A DNA stretch of 45,841 bases from an uncultured Clostridia bacterium (GCA_947595235.1 CANQEP010000003.1:1-45841), one strand, 5' to 3'. Shown: positions 28,319 through 37,941, counted from the first letter of the stretch. The notes: generated from the sequence alone by a model not told the origin. Translations and numbers: made by a program.

Positions 28319-29203
28319 ATGGACAAAATCAATGTTTCAAAATTCAATTATGATTCAATAAAGTATTTCCTTAGCGTTGCAAAGCATGGGAGCATTTCGC
28401 GGGCAGCGTCGAGCCTTGGAATATCTCAGTCTGCCCTCAGTCAGTCAATGAAAAGTTTGGAGCAAAGTTTGGGCTTTGCGCTTTTTGAAAGGAACACGCG
28501 TGGCATAATCTTGACAGAAGAGGGCAAGGTGCTTTACTTGGGCGCGATGGCTCCCAGCGAACAATTTGAGCGCGCCATTGTTGAGACCATGAGGTGCAAC
28601 TCATTTAAGAACATGGCGCCCTTTAAGATTGCAATTTCTTCGTCGCTAGCAAGTTCAATCATTGCACCAAACATCCTTGATTTGCAAAAAAGATTTAGTG
28701 GCTTAAATTTTGAGTTTTGCAAGTTCGTTGCAGAGACCGAGGTGGTTGATGACTTGCAGAGCGGGAAATATGACATTGCCATTTTCAAATCCAACTCAGA
28801 CTTTGTTGTTAAAGAGGTCGCCATGGAAAAACTTTGCGAAAGGACCTATGTTTTTGTGTATAACCCAAAGTTTTTTGCGCCAAAAGATGGCATGACCATG
28901 AGTGAACTTGAGAAATATACAATAATAATGAAAGACCGCACCGGAAGGAACAACAACTCTTGGCTGAAATATTCTTTTAACAAATTCATAAGTTGTCGCA
29001 ACGACAATCAGTGCCTTGAAATGATAAAAAATGGCGCGGGAATTGGAATTTATCCAAAAGAAATCGCTGAACGCGAGGGGCTAAAGTGCTTAAAGGTTGA
29101 GGGATTTGTGCCAACAAAACGAACTGTCAATATGTGCTTTTTGAGTTCTAACACCACCGCAAAAAACTTTGCGAAAGCACTTTTGCAAATCAAAAAATTC
29201 TAG
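28319..29203 (+). CDS. LysR family transcriptional regulator
   Basis: YFLSVAKHGSISRAASSLGISQSALSQSMKSLEQSLGFALFERNTRGIILTEEG HTH; 294 aa. Confidence 0.93.
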   Translation: MDKINVSKFNYDSIKYFLSVAKHGSISRAASSLGISQSALSQSMKSLEQSLGFALFERNTRGIILTEEGKVLYLGAMAPSEQFERAIVETMRCNSFKNMAPFKIAISSSLASSIIAPNILDLQKRFSGLNFEFCKFVAETEVVDDLQSGKYDIAIFKSNSDFVVKEVAMEKLCERTYVFVYNPKFFAPKDGMTMSELEKYTIIMKDRTGRNNNSWLKYSFNKFISCRNDNQCLEMIKNGAGIGIYPKEIAEREGLKCLKVEGFVPTKRTVNMCFLSSNTTAKNFAKALLQIKKF

Positions 29204-29314
29204 CGCCAAGGCAAGAGGAAAAGACGAATGGTGATATAAGTTTTTCTTATATTAATTTTCAAAATACAATGTCGCAAATTTCACTACTTATGCTATAATC
29301 TTCTTGGAGGCAAT

Positions 29315-31120
29315 ATGGACACAAAAGATATCGAATTTTTGCGGAATGTGAAAGATTTTGAAGTCGTTTCTGAGGGATATAGCGGAGCGCAAAAATACTT
29401 GTTTTCAAAAGACGGGAAAAGGTATTTTATAAAAATCGGACCTTTTGAAATAAGGCAAGACCTTGAAAAAATGCTTTGCGATGCAGAAATTACTCACCCA
29501 AAGATTGTTGAAAAAGGCAAGTACGACGAAGAAAACAACTATGTTATTGAAGAGTTTGTTGGTGGGCGTCCGCTGAAGTATCTCATTGACGACATGGAGC
29601 CAAAGTTCGTTTATGAATATGGCTTTTTGATGGGGGAGAAATTTAGGAATTTAAGGAAGGTTTTTAAAGACAAACGCGTCTCAAAAAAGGCTTTTCAAGA
29701 ACTCTCTGACCACGTTGACCGCCGCCTCAAAAGGCTTGATGAGTGCATTTTAAAAAACAAGTCAAGGCTAACAAAGAGCCAAATAAAGTTTTTTGAGTAT
29801 ATCAAAAACTATCTTAGCAAAAACAAAAACATAATAAAAAACTCAACCATGGTTTTTGGGCACAACGACATTAAGCCGAGCAACTTCTTGGTTGAAAAAA
29901 GGAACATTTGCGCGATTGACATTGAGGGCATAGACTATAAAATCCCCGCCATGGCGCTTTTGTGGAGCTTTGCGAGGGGTGACATGAAAGACGACAAAAA
30001 TCATGCCTTTGCAAATGGCTGGCTTGACGGACTTTTCAACTTTGACGTTCCAAAAAGCGTTTTGAAACCGCTAAACTATGTTTATCTTTTCAACATGAGC
30101 AACTATTTTGCGGGCTACATCAAAGAAAATGAGTTCGACAAACTTGAGAAACTTATAAATTACATAACAAAGAACTATATTGAAAACGGCGAGATTTGTG
30201 TTGACAAAAAAATTTTAAGTGTCGCAAAAATTGGTGACTTTAAAATGCTTAAGGGCTATGATTTTTCTCTTGCAAGAGGGAGTTATTCGCCCGACAACTT
30301 GACCTTTAAGTGCGTGGGTGAAAAAACATACTTTTTAAAGGTCATGAAAAAGAGCAAAGAGGAGTTTTTGCAAACGCTCAAGTTTTATGATGTGCTTGAA
30401 AAAAACGGCATACCAATTCCAAGAGTTCAAAAAAGTGGGATGTGCCGTGGGCTTGACAGAGCATTTGTTTTGATGGACTACATAAATTATCCCGAAATTG
30501 GAAAGCAAGAGAAAAGTGAAGTCAGTGTTGAAAATTTGGGGCACCAAGTTGCGCAATATCTTAAAAAAATTAGAAATGTGAAAATAAAAAACATCAAGGT
30601 CTTTTCTTCTTCTGAGATAGAAAAAGAGGTCATGCGTCTTGCAAAAAAGTTTTTTGAGGGTGAAGAAAAACAGCCATGTTTGAAATGGACAAAGAGCGAA
30701 ATTATTGCCTTTCACAAAAAACTTATAAAGAGTTTTGATGGGGAAGAAATCTGCCTTGTCCATGACGATGTCAAGTGCGGAAATGTTTTGTTTGACGGAA
30801 AAAGCCGACTTGTTTTTGTGGACAACGAGTCGCTCATGCAAAGTTATCAAACAATTAACTTTCAATACATGATAAAAGAGTGCTTTGAGCACGAAAAGGT
30901 TAAGGTTTTTCAAGACTTTGTGAGGGGGTATCTCAAAGATATCTATGGCAATGTGCCAAGCCGAGTTGAGGGGCAGATAAGATATCTTATACTTTTGAAA
31001 CTCTTAAGAGATTGTGCGGGCACAAACGACAAGTTGGCTGGCAGCACAAGAATAGAGTCCATGAGCAAAATCTTTGAAAAATACGTTGAGCGGGGCGAGG
31101 CAATCGAGTGGCTAAAATGA
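29315..31120 (+). CDS. Tandem double-domain aminoglycoside phosphotransferase/choline kinase family protein
   Basis: Two Brenner motifs, HNDIKPSN..IDIE and HDDVKCGN..VDNE, each preceded by a G-YS..YF[IL]K N-lobe. Confidence 0.85.
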   Translation: MDTKDIEFLRNVKDFEVVSEGYSGAQKYLFSKDGKRYFIKIGPFEIRQDLEKMLCDAEITHPKIVEKGKYDEENNYVIEEFVGGRPLKYLIDDMEPKFVYEYGFLMGEKFRNLRKVFKDKRVSKKAFQELSDHVDRRLKRLDECILKNKSRLTKSQIKFFEYIKNYLSKNKNIIKNSTMVFGHNDIKPSNFLVEKRNICAIDIEGIDYKIPAMALLWSFARGDMKDDKNHAFANGWLDGLFNFDVPKSVLKPLNYVYLFNMSNYFAGYIKENEFDKLEKLINYITKNYIENGEICVDKKILSVAKIGDFKMLKGYDFSLARGSYSPDNLTFKCVGEKTYFLKVMKKSKEEFLQTLKFYDVLEKNGIPIPRVQKSGMCRGLDRAFVLMDYINYPEIGKQEKSEVSVENLGHQVAQYLKKIRNVKIKNIKVFSSSEIEKEVMRLAKKFFEGEEKQPCLKWTKSEIIAFHKKLIKSFDGEEICLVHDDVKCGNVLFDGKSRLVFVDNESLMQSYQTINFQYMIKECFEHEKVKVFQDFVRGYLKDIYGNVPSRVEGQIRYLILLKLLRDCAGTNDKLAGSTRIESMSKIFEKYVERGEAIEWLK

Positions 31121-32841
31121 AAAAATACTACGCTCTAAAAGAGATTTTGAAGTTCTATAAAAGCCACATTGGGTTCTATGTTGGCTTTGTTATAATTTTA
31201 ATTTTAAAGGCGGTCATTTCTTTTTATAGCGCCATGCTTGTTGCCGACATAATTGCGAACATGATGTCGCAAAACTTCAAAGCCGTCTTTATTTCTGCCA
31301 GCATAAATCTTGGAATTTTAATAGTTTATCACTTGCTTTCATATGCCAACACCTACTTTTATAAAAATCTTGAAAACCGCGTGAGATATGACTTGCAACA
31401 AAAGGTCATTGAGTCGTCACTCAATATCAAGATGAGTTACTACGACAATCTTGGTTCGGGGGTGATTGTCACTCGCCTAACGTCAGACATAAGCCACATC
31501 TCAGAGAGGTTCAAGTCATTGACAGAAAAAATTGTCAATATCATCCGTCGCCTCGCTTATCTTGTTTACATTTTCTTTTTGGATGTCTATATTGGACTTT
31601 TTGTGCTCGCGTCGGTTGTTGTGGTTTCGCTGGTGTATACAATAAGAATACACTACCTTGCAAAACTCAAGCCCGCCGTGAAAACTCAGCGAGAGGTCGT
31701 CAACTCAAAAATTATTGAGACAATTCGCGCCGTTAAGGATGTTAAAACCTTGAACTGTGACGAGAATGTTTTGTCGCTCGTTGGCGAGGCGCAAAATGAG
31801 TACATAAAACGCGACAATCATGAGTATTATGTTGGCAACTTTCTATCAAAAATGCACGAACTTTTCATTGACATAAGCAACTACCTCTTTATGGGGCTTA
31901 GCATATTTCTTATGCTAAAAACCAACCTCACTGCAACCGTGTTTTACACTTGCTATCTCTACAAAGACCACACCTTCACACTTGCAAGTGAACTGGGCGA
32001 TTTAAGATACAAACTCGCCGAGTGTGAGGTTTGCGCCGAGAGGCTGTTCTCCATTGTCTATCCAAATGTTGAGGACATTGACACCTATGGCAGCAAGTAT
32101 GAAAAAAACTATCAAGGGGGCATAGTATTTAAGGATGTTAGATTTTCGTATGTTGCGGGTCTTGAAGTTTTGAAGGGCGTCAATTTTGAAATAAAGCCAA
32201 AGACCACCACTGCGCTCGTTGGAGAAAGTGGGTGCGGAAAGAGTACAATCACCAGCCTCATTGGGCACCTTTACTATAAGAACTCGGGGAAAATTCTTCT
32301 TGGGAATAGCGAGATTGACACTCTTAGCAAAGAGTTCATCCGCGACAACATTGCAATCGTCAACCAATTCCCGTATCTTTTCAACCTCTCCATTCGCGAT
32401 AACTTCAAGATGATAAACAGCAAAATCACCGACGAAGAAATCTGGCAACTTCTTGAAAACGTCATGCTCAAAGACTTTATAAAAAGTCTGCCAAATGGTC
32501 TTGACAGCGTTATTGGGGAAGGGGGTTGCCAACTCTCGGGTGGGCAGAGACAAAAACTTTGCATTGCGCGTGCCCTTTGCAGAGACGTTAAGGTCATGAT
32601 TTTTGACGAGGCAACAAGTTCGCTCGACAACGCCTCGCAAACAGAGGTCATGGAGGTCATAAAAGCACTTTCAAGCCGAATAACGATAATTATTATCGCG
32701 CACCGCCTCTCTACAATAACCTTTGCAAAAAATATCTTACTTATAAAAGACGGCGAAGTTGTTGGAAGTGGCACGCACGAAGAACTGATAAAAAGTAGCC
32801 CCTACTACAAAATGCTCTACATCAACTCGGCGGGAGAGTAA
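31117..32841 (+). CDS. ABC exporter half-transporter (permease + ATPase)
   Basis: GESGCGKST, LSGGQ, FDEATSSLD and AHRL. ATGA overlap with the kinase gene implies translational coupling. Confidence 0.95.
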   Translation: MKKYYALKEILKFYKSHIGFYVGFVIILILKAVISFYSAMLVADIIANMMSQNFKAVFISASINLGILIVYHLLSYANTYFYKNLENRVRYDLQQKVIESSLNIKMSYYDNLGSGVIVTRLTSDISHISERFKSLTEKIVNIIRRLAYLVYIFFLDVYIGLFVLASVVVVSLVYTIRIHYLAKLKPAVKTQREVVNSKIIETIRAVKDVKTLNCDENVLSLVGEAQNEYIKRDNHEYYVGNFLSKMHELFIDISNYLFMGLSIFLMLKTNLTATVFYTCYLYKDHTFTLASELGDLRYKLAECEVCAERLFSIVYPNVEDIDTYGSKYEKNYQGGIVFKDVRFSYVAGLEVLKGVNFEIKPKTTTALVGESGCGKSTITSLIGHLYYKNSGKILLGNSEIDTLSKEFIRDNIAIVNQFPYLFNLSIRDNFKMINSKITDEEIWQLLENVMLKDFIKSLPNGLDSVIGEGGCQLSGGQRQKLCIARALCRDVKVMIFDEATSSLDNASQTEVMEVIKALSSRITIIIIAHRLSTITFAKNILLIKDGEVVGSGTHEELIKSSPYYKMLYINSAGE

Positions 32842-32867
32842 AAAAAGACGCGTGGTGCGTCTTTTTT
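32841..32867. terminator. Bidirectional intrinsic terminator
   Basis: AAAAAAGACGC-GTGGT-GCGTCTTTTTT between the ABC gene and the tRNA. Confidence 0.8.
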
Positions 32868-32943
32868 GGTGCTCCGCAAGGGACTCTAACCCCTAGCCTT
32901 TCGGTTCGAAGCCGAACGCTCTATACAGTTGCGCTAGCGGAGC
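32867..32943 (-). tRNA. tRNA-Arg (anticodon UCG), CCA encoded
   Basis: GCTCCGC/GCGGAGC acceptor stem, TTCGG-CT-TCG-AA-CCGAA anticodon arm, AGGGG-TTAGAGT-CCCTT T arm and ACCA end. TTGCAA..TATAAT promoter upstream. Confidence 0.93.
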
Positions 32944-33039
32944 AACATTTTTATTATACTCCAAAAATTTGTTTTTGCAAACAATTCATTGTTGATTTTC
33001 GCGAGGCTCAGTGGTATAATGGGCACAAGGGTGAGAAAA

Positions 33040-33672
33040 ATGGAAGAAAATCAAGAGCCAATTTTTATTGGCGAAGAACAGATAACAAACAATAAGTTCT
33101 TGAACATGAAAGTTGCTGCGTATCGCCTGCCAAGTGGCAAGGTGCTTGAATATCAATACGCAACAAGAGGGAAGAAAAAGGCTAGCGCCGATGCCGTGCG
33201 TGTCATACTATACTTTACGGGTGACGACGGCAAAACAAGGGTGGTGTTAATTCGCCAGTTTAGGTATCCAATGGGCAAAGAACTTTATGAGACCGTTGCC
33301 GGCCTTGTTGAAGAGGGGCAGACTCTTGAAGAGACCGCCATGAGAGAGGCGAAAGAAGAGGTTGGCGCAGAAAATATTGAAGAACTTGTCATGGTTGAGC
33401 CCCCTTCGTATACCTCGGCGGGCATGAGCGACGAGAAAGTTGCGTGCTTTGAGGCAAAGGTCAAAAATCTTGGAAGTCAAAGGCTTGAAGAAGAGGAAAA
33501 GTTGAGCCGAGTTATATTGACTCTTGACGAACTTGAAAGTTTGCTTGACAGCGATGAGGAATTTTGCTTGGCGTCAAGGCAACAACTAAGGGCGTTTGCA
33601 TATAAGCAAAGATACCTTAAACTCAAAAATTCCATAAGCAAAAATGCACCCGAGTTGGGCGAAGAAAACTAG
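33040..33672 (+). CDS. NUDIX hydrolase (ADP-ribose pyrophosphatase-like)
   Basis: LIRQFRYP, AGLVEEGQTLEETAMREAKEEVG and YTSAGMSDE. Confidence 0.9.
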   Translation: MEENQEPIFIGEEQITNNKFLNMKVAAYRLPSGKVLEYQYATRGKKKASADAVRVILYFTGDDGKTRVVLIRQFRYPMGKELYETVAGLVEEGQTLEETAMREAKEEVGAENIEELVMVEPPSYTSAGMSDEKVACFEAKVKNLGSQRLEEEEKLSRVILTLDELESLLDSDEEFCLASRQQLRAFAYKQRYLKLKNSISKNAPELGEEN

Positions 33673-34022
33673 TTTTTCATCTCGCTTTCGATGTATGCCA
33701 TAATAAGGTCAACAACAAATTCTATCTGGTGAGGGGAAAGTTCCTTGCCAGATTTTATTTTGTGCCACTTTTCAAGGCAACCGCGACAACAAGTTGCAGT
33801 TGCGTGCTGGGCAATGAATACGGGGTGATTTTTCATGGGCGTTTGCTTGCCGTCGTTTGGAATGACGGCGGGAGCAAGGCGCTTTTTTATGATGTCCTCA
33901 GCGTGCGCTCTTATTGTTTCCATGCCCTTCAAAGCGACATAGTCTTTGTCGCTTTTTTTCAAATGAAACTTTGCGCGAAAGGGGGAAGTCTTTAACCGAC
34001 TTAAAATCTCTTTATAGTCCAT
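33669..34022 (-). CDS. DUF4186 family protein
   Basis: SPFRAKFHL, NDGKQTP and HPVFIAQHATATCCRGCLEKWH. Probable leaderless start at 34022 (alternative 34028). Confidence 0.88.
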   Translation of the reverse strand: MDYKEILSRLKTSPFRAKFHLKKSDKDYVALKGMETIRAHAEDIIKKRLAPAVIPNDGKQTPMKNHPVFIAQHATATCCRGCLEKWHKIKSGKELSPHQIEFVVDLIMAYIESEMKN

Positions 34023-34152
34023 ATTCATATTTTAACAAAAAACGCAAAAACATCAAAATAAAACATCAAAAAGTGCAAAATTTTGTGTTTTTTGCCAGTT
34101 TTTGGCATAGATGTGCAAGAATAAATATTTTTTTATGGGACATATTTATTTT

Positions 34153-34698
34153 ATGAAAAATGTGCTCTTGTATCTTTCGGCGTTCATCCCAATGTATGTT
34201 CTTATTGTCATAAAAGAGATTTTTGAACTGACCGTTGGAGAAGAAAAGTTCACTTGGCTGTCGGCGGTGGTCTTGACTTTTTTGGCGGTTGTCATCTTGC
34301 TTGGAGTGGTGGGGCTTCTTCTTGAGATATTCAACAAAAAGCAAAGGGCAAAAAAGGTGAGGATTGTTTCAAAAAACAATATCACCGACCGCCACTTTCT
34401 TGGATACTTTTCGCTGTTTGTTTTGTTTGCAATAACTTTTGACCTTTCAAGGCTGAGTATGTTCGTTGACTTCGTCATTATTCTTATCATGATTGGCGTT
34501 GTTTATGTCAAGAATAAGTTGTTTTATATCAATCCATTTTTGAACATCCTTGGCTACAACTTTTATAGCATTGAGTATGAGGTGGAGGGCGAGGAGGGAA
34601 AAAAGAGCACGCACATTTTCTTTCGCGGGAACCTTGTTCTTGGGAACGAATATAGGGTGAAGATAAAGGACGAAAATTTTAGTTTTGTGTCAAAATAG
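34153..34698 (+). CDS. 4-TM membrane protein resembling the Kiwa anti-phage protein KwaA
   Basis: LLYLSAFIPMY N-terminus, four TM helices and YINPFLNILGYNFY motif after TM4. Confidence 0.55.
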   Translation: MKNVLLYLSAFIPMYVLIVIKEIFELTVGEEKFTWLSAVVLTFLAVVILLGVVGLLLEIFNKKQRAKKVRIVSKNNITDRHFLGYFSLFVLFAITFDLSRLSMFVDFVIILIMIGVVYVKNKLFYINPFLNILGYNFYSIEYEVEGEEGKKSTHIFFRGNLVLGNEYRVKIKDENFSFVSK

Positions 34699-34806
34699 CA
34701 AAAACTTATGCATTTTTTATGAAAAAATCATGAAAATTGCGTTTTTTGTTTGTACAAAGGTTTTTTCTGGCGATATAATTAAGAAAATAACAAAGGAGGA
34801 AAAAAG

Positions 34807-35505
34807 ATGACACTATTCAAAAAAGGTGTGGCAGAGTGTGTTGGAACAATGACCCTTGTCTTGTTTGGTTGTGGCGTTGCTATTGCAACAAATGCCAGCA
34901 CGGTTGCAACAAGCCTTGCGTTTGGTCTTTCAATCGTTGCAATGGCATACAGCATTGGCAATGTTTCGGGTTGCCATGTTAACCCAGCCGTTTCACTTGC
35001 AATGCTCATAAACAAGAAAATCTCTTTCAAAGAATTCTGCGTTTATGTTGCTGGTCAACTTGTTGGTGCAACGCTTGCGTGCCTACTTCTCATGCTCGCA
35101 TTCGGTAAAAACTGCGGTTTTGGTGCGAACGTGGTTCAAGGAACGCTTGCAACCTATACCGACAGTCACGCAGTGGAACTCGTTATTGCACTTGTTAGCG
35201 AAATTGTTTTGACATTTGTTTTTGTCTATGCAATTTGTGGCGTTACAAGCAAGAAAGAGTACAGCGGTTTTGCCGGTCTTGTTATTGGTGGAACTTTGAC
35301 CCTTGTTCACTTGCTTGGACTTTTCTTGACCGGAACAAGTGTTAACCCAGCAAGAAGCCTTATTCCTGCACTATTTGCTCTTTGCAGTGGAACAGCCGCC
35401 ATATCTCAAGTTTGGGTCTTCATCGTTGGACCACTTGTTGGCGCAGTCTTGGCTGCACTTTTGTTCAGATTCCTTGAGGGAAGAAAACAACAGAGCGAGG
35501 AATAA
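34807..35505 (+). CDS. aqpZ: Aquaporin (MIP family)
   Basis: SGCHVNPAVS and GTSVNPARS NPA boxes; 6 TM. RBS AAAGGAGG. Confidence 0.92.
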   Translation: MTLFKKGVAECVGTMTLVLFGCGVAIATNASTVATSLAFGLSIVAMAYSIGNVSGCHVNPAVSLAMLINKKISFKEFCVYVAGQLVGATLACLLLMLAFGKNCGFGANVVQGTLATYTDSHAVELVIALVSEIVLTFVFVYAICGVTSKKEYSGFAGLVIGGTLTLVHLLGLFLTGTSVNPARSLIPALFALCSGTAAISQVWVFIVGPLVGAVLAALLFRFLEGRKQQSEE

Positions 35506-35513
35506 TTCGCGAG

Positions 35514-35552
35514 AAAAAAAGGAGTCGCCGCTAAAATGCGGTGACTCTTTTT
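35514..35552. terminator. Bidirectional intrinsic terminator
   Basis: GAGTCGCCGC-TAAAAT-GCGGTGACTC flanked by A and T runs. Confidence 0.75.
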
Positions 35553-35554
35553 CG

Positions 35555-35824
35555 TTAATCCTCGCTCCCCGGCTGCTTCAAAATGCTTTCAAGGGCGATT
35601 AGGGAATTTTTTAAGCCCTCATTTTCTTGCATGGTCTGATGAATTAGATTTTTGTAGATGTTCTTATCATCGGGATGCTTGCGAGAGTCTTCTTCCCATT
35701 TGGATATTTGCTTTGTGTTTTCGGCAATGTCGCTCTTAATCTTCTCGATTGCTTCAAGCACTTTTCCCGGGATAGAGGTATCAACGTAGTTGAGCCTGTA
35801 GTTGGCCCAATACTTGAGTACCAT
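35555..35824 (-). CDS. Hypothetical coiled-coil protein
   Basis: RBS GAGGTG; own TTGACA..TATAAT promoter; amphipathic helices; ends QPGSED. Confidence 0.65.
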   Translation of the reverse strand: MVLKYWANYRLNYVDTSIPGKVLEAIEKIKSDIAENTKQISKWEEDSRKHPDDKNIYKNLIHQTMQENEGLKNSLIALESILKQPGSED

Positions 35825-35873
35825 ATATCTCACCTCTCTCAAGATTATATTATACTCTATGAGGTGAATTTTG

Positions 35874-36143
35874 TCAACATTTTGAGTAAATGCTCTTCGC
35901 CATATTCATGCGAACGGGCGCAACTTGAGAGGAAACATTCTTGTCTATTCTGAGGACTTTTGCTTTTGTTAGCGCATTCATCCTTCCAAAGGGGACAAGC
36001 ACCATGTCGCCCGCTTGAAGACCGGGGATTTTTGTGATGTACCAATATATTCCCCCTCTTGACGCGCCCTCAAGAAGTTCCACCTTCGCAAAATCGCAAA
36101 CCTTAATTTGCTTTATGTCGCCCCCGGCGAGTGAGTGTATCAT
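35874..36143 (-). CDS. Hypothetical small beta-barrel protein (similar to the PriA N-terminal domain)
   Basis: YWY..LQAGDMVLVPFG..AKV pattern; directly follows the upstream gene. Confidence 0.6.
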   Translation of the reverse strand: MIHSLAGGDIKQIKVCDFAKVELLEGASRGGIYWYITKIPGLQAGDMVLVPFGRMNALTKAKVLRIDKNVSSQVAPVRMNMAKSIYSKC

Positions 36144-36144
36144 C

Positions 36145-37128
36145 CTAGACCTCTAAACTAAACACGTTGCTCAGCCTTGACCTTGTCCAAGCGCGGTATT
36201 GCTTGCAGTTGTTTTCAAACAAGACAAACACTCTTTCATTGGCAAGCGCAACGCCCTCGGTCATGCATGGGGCACTCATGGACGAAACAAGGCACGAACT
36301 GTCAAGCATATGGCAGTTGAGGGTTATCCCGTTGATTGTTGTTTTGTGCGTGGTGCTACTTGAAAGGTCCTTGTCATAGATTCTTATGTGCGAGTCGGCG
36401 ACAGAGTAAGACGTTGAAAGAAGTATCTTGCCGTCACTTGTGAAGCACATTCCTTGAACAAGGGCAGGCATAGAAATGCCAAAGCGTGGGTACACCGAGC
36501 CAACGCCCGAGTTTTTTGTTTCGTCAATAGGGTAGGCAAGGGCAAGCGCCTTGTTCACTTTTTTGTCGGCGGTCTCAAAGTGGTGAGAGATGTCGGTTGT
36601 GTGCGAGCCATTTCTTTGGAATTCGCCAACAATCAACTTGTCTTCATAAATGGTAAGCCAGCTTGCCTCGTTATAGACCTCTAACGAGCCAAGAAAAGTA
36701 ATGACCGCTCCGTTTTCTGAGGAGAGAAGTTCGTCAAGGTCAAATCGATAGATATATCCGTCGCTCGACAGCCAGCCCGAGCCACCATAGGTTGCAACGC
36801 CCCCCGCGTGGCCAACATAGTCAATGTTGTTTTTAAATGTGGCATACTTGGTTTCGCCCGTCTCTTTGTTAACAACATAAACGCGCGATGGGTCGCCACT
36901 TGACATATAGCCCGAAACAAGGAACACGTTTTCTTCTTCAACATAGGCAAGGCCTTGCGGAGTGAACGACGTGTCAAGACCGGGTATCTGAAACTCTTTT
37001 TTTGAAACTTTATCAAAAGCCTTATACGACGCGCCAAAGTAGTACACCATAACGGCAACAAACAGCACTGCAACCACAGAGGCAACACAGATTAGGCTAA
37101 TAGTTAACTTTCTACTTATTTTTTTCAT
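36145..37128 (-). CDS. Membrane-anchored beta-propeller-like hypothetical protein
   Basis: N-terminal TM, then PQGLAY, GHAGGVA, VQGMCF and TEGVA repeats typical of propeller blades. Confidence 0.7.
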   Translation of the reverse strand: MKKISRKLTISLICVASVVAVLFVAVMVYYFGASYKAFDKVSKKEFQIPGLDTSFTPQGLAYVEEENVFLVSGYMSSGDPSRVYVVNKETGETKYATFKNNIDYVGHAGGVATYGGSGWLSSDGYIYRFDLDELLSSENGAVITFLGSLEVYNEASWLTIYEDKLIVGEFQRNGSHTTDISHHFETADKKVNKALALAYPIDETKNSGVGSVYPRFGISMPALVQGMCFTSDGKILLSTSYSVADSHIRIYDKDLSSSTTHKTTINGITLNCHMLDSSCLVSSMSAPCMTEGVALANERVFVLFENNCKQYRAWTRSRLSNVFSLEV

Positions 37129-37183
37129 AACACACCTCTTCTTAAGTATAGCAAAAAGCAAAAGTAAACACAAACAATTTGCA

Positions 37184-37906
37184 CTAGTCTTGGTTAAAGA
37201 AATTCACAATGCCAAGAAAAATGCACTCGGCAATCTTGTCTTGATACTCGGGGGATATAAGCAACTTTTCGTCCTCTTCATTCGACAAGAACCCGCACTC
37301 GGCAATGACCGATGCCGACGGCGCGCACTTTAACATATAGTAGTCGCCAATGGCAATCCCCTTGTCGCTCTTTTCAAGTTTGCTCGCGAATTGGTCTTGG
37401 ATTGAGAGGGCAAGCGCTTCGCCACTGGTGCTGTTTTTGTCATAGAACACTTGTGCGCCGCGAAGATTGTGGCGAACGTAACTGTTCATGTGCACGGACA
37501 CAACAATGTCGGGGCGAGCCTCGTTTATTATGTCTTTGCGCTTTTGCATATCGCGTTTTTTGTAGTTGGTGGTGGAAAGTCCATAGAGGCCGTTTTCGTC
37601 CTCTCGGGTCATGACCACCCTAAAGCCCATCTCAAGAAGTCTCTTTTCAAGTTTTTTTGCAACGGCAAGGTTAACGTCGCTCTCTTTGACCTTGGTCTTG
37701 TAGCCAATGCTTCCGGGGTCAATTCCGCCGTGACCCGCGTCAATGACAACCGAGTAGTCCATGCTTTCATTTTTTTGAAAGGTCTCTTTTGCGCTCACCT
37801 TTTCAATGGCAATGGACGACGCCAAAACAACAAGCATTGCCACCGCGCAAAAAATAAACTTCCCCCTTTTAAAGCACATCGTCAAAAACACATTCAACTT
37901 TTTCAT
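37184..37906 (-). CDS. cwlD: N-acetylmuramoyl-L-alanine amidase (Amidase_3), CwlD-like
   Basis: IDAGHGGIDPG, ESDVNL, KKRDMQKR, SVHMNS, GAQVFY and AECGFLSN; N-terminal TM; SigE-like promoter. Confidence 0.78.
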   Translation of the reverse strand: MKKLNVFLTMCFKRGKFIFCAVAMLVVLASSIAIEKVSAKETFQKNESMDYSVVIDAGHGGIDPGSIGYKTKVKESDVNLAVAKKLEKRLLEMGFRVVMTREDENGLYGLSTTNYKKRDMQKRKDIINEARPDIVVSVHMNSYVRHNLRGAQVFYDKNSTSGEALALSIQDQFASKLEKSDKGIAIGDYYMLKCAPSASVIAECGFLSNEEDEKLLISPEYQDKIAECIFLGIVNFFNQD

Positions 37907-37912
37907 GGTATA

Positions 37913-37941
37913 AGTTTATGAGGTGAAGTTGCGGGTTTATG
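37913..37941 (-). promoter_or_regulatory. SigE-like (mother-cell sporulation) promoter
   Basis: ATA-17 bp-CATAAACT, ending 6 nt before the amidase ATG. Confidence 0.5.

Noticed and set aside
32867-32943. tRNA as the attachment site of an integrated island
   Set aside because: No integrase in the window, and I found no duplicate of the tRNA 3' end.
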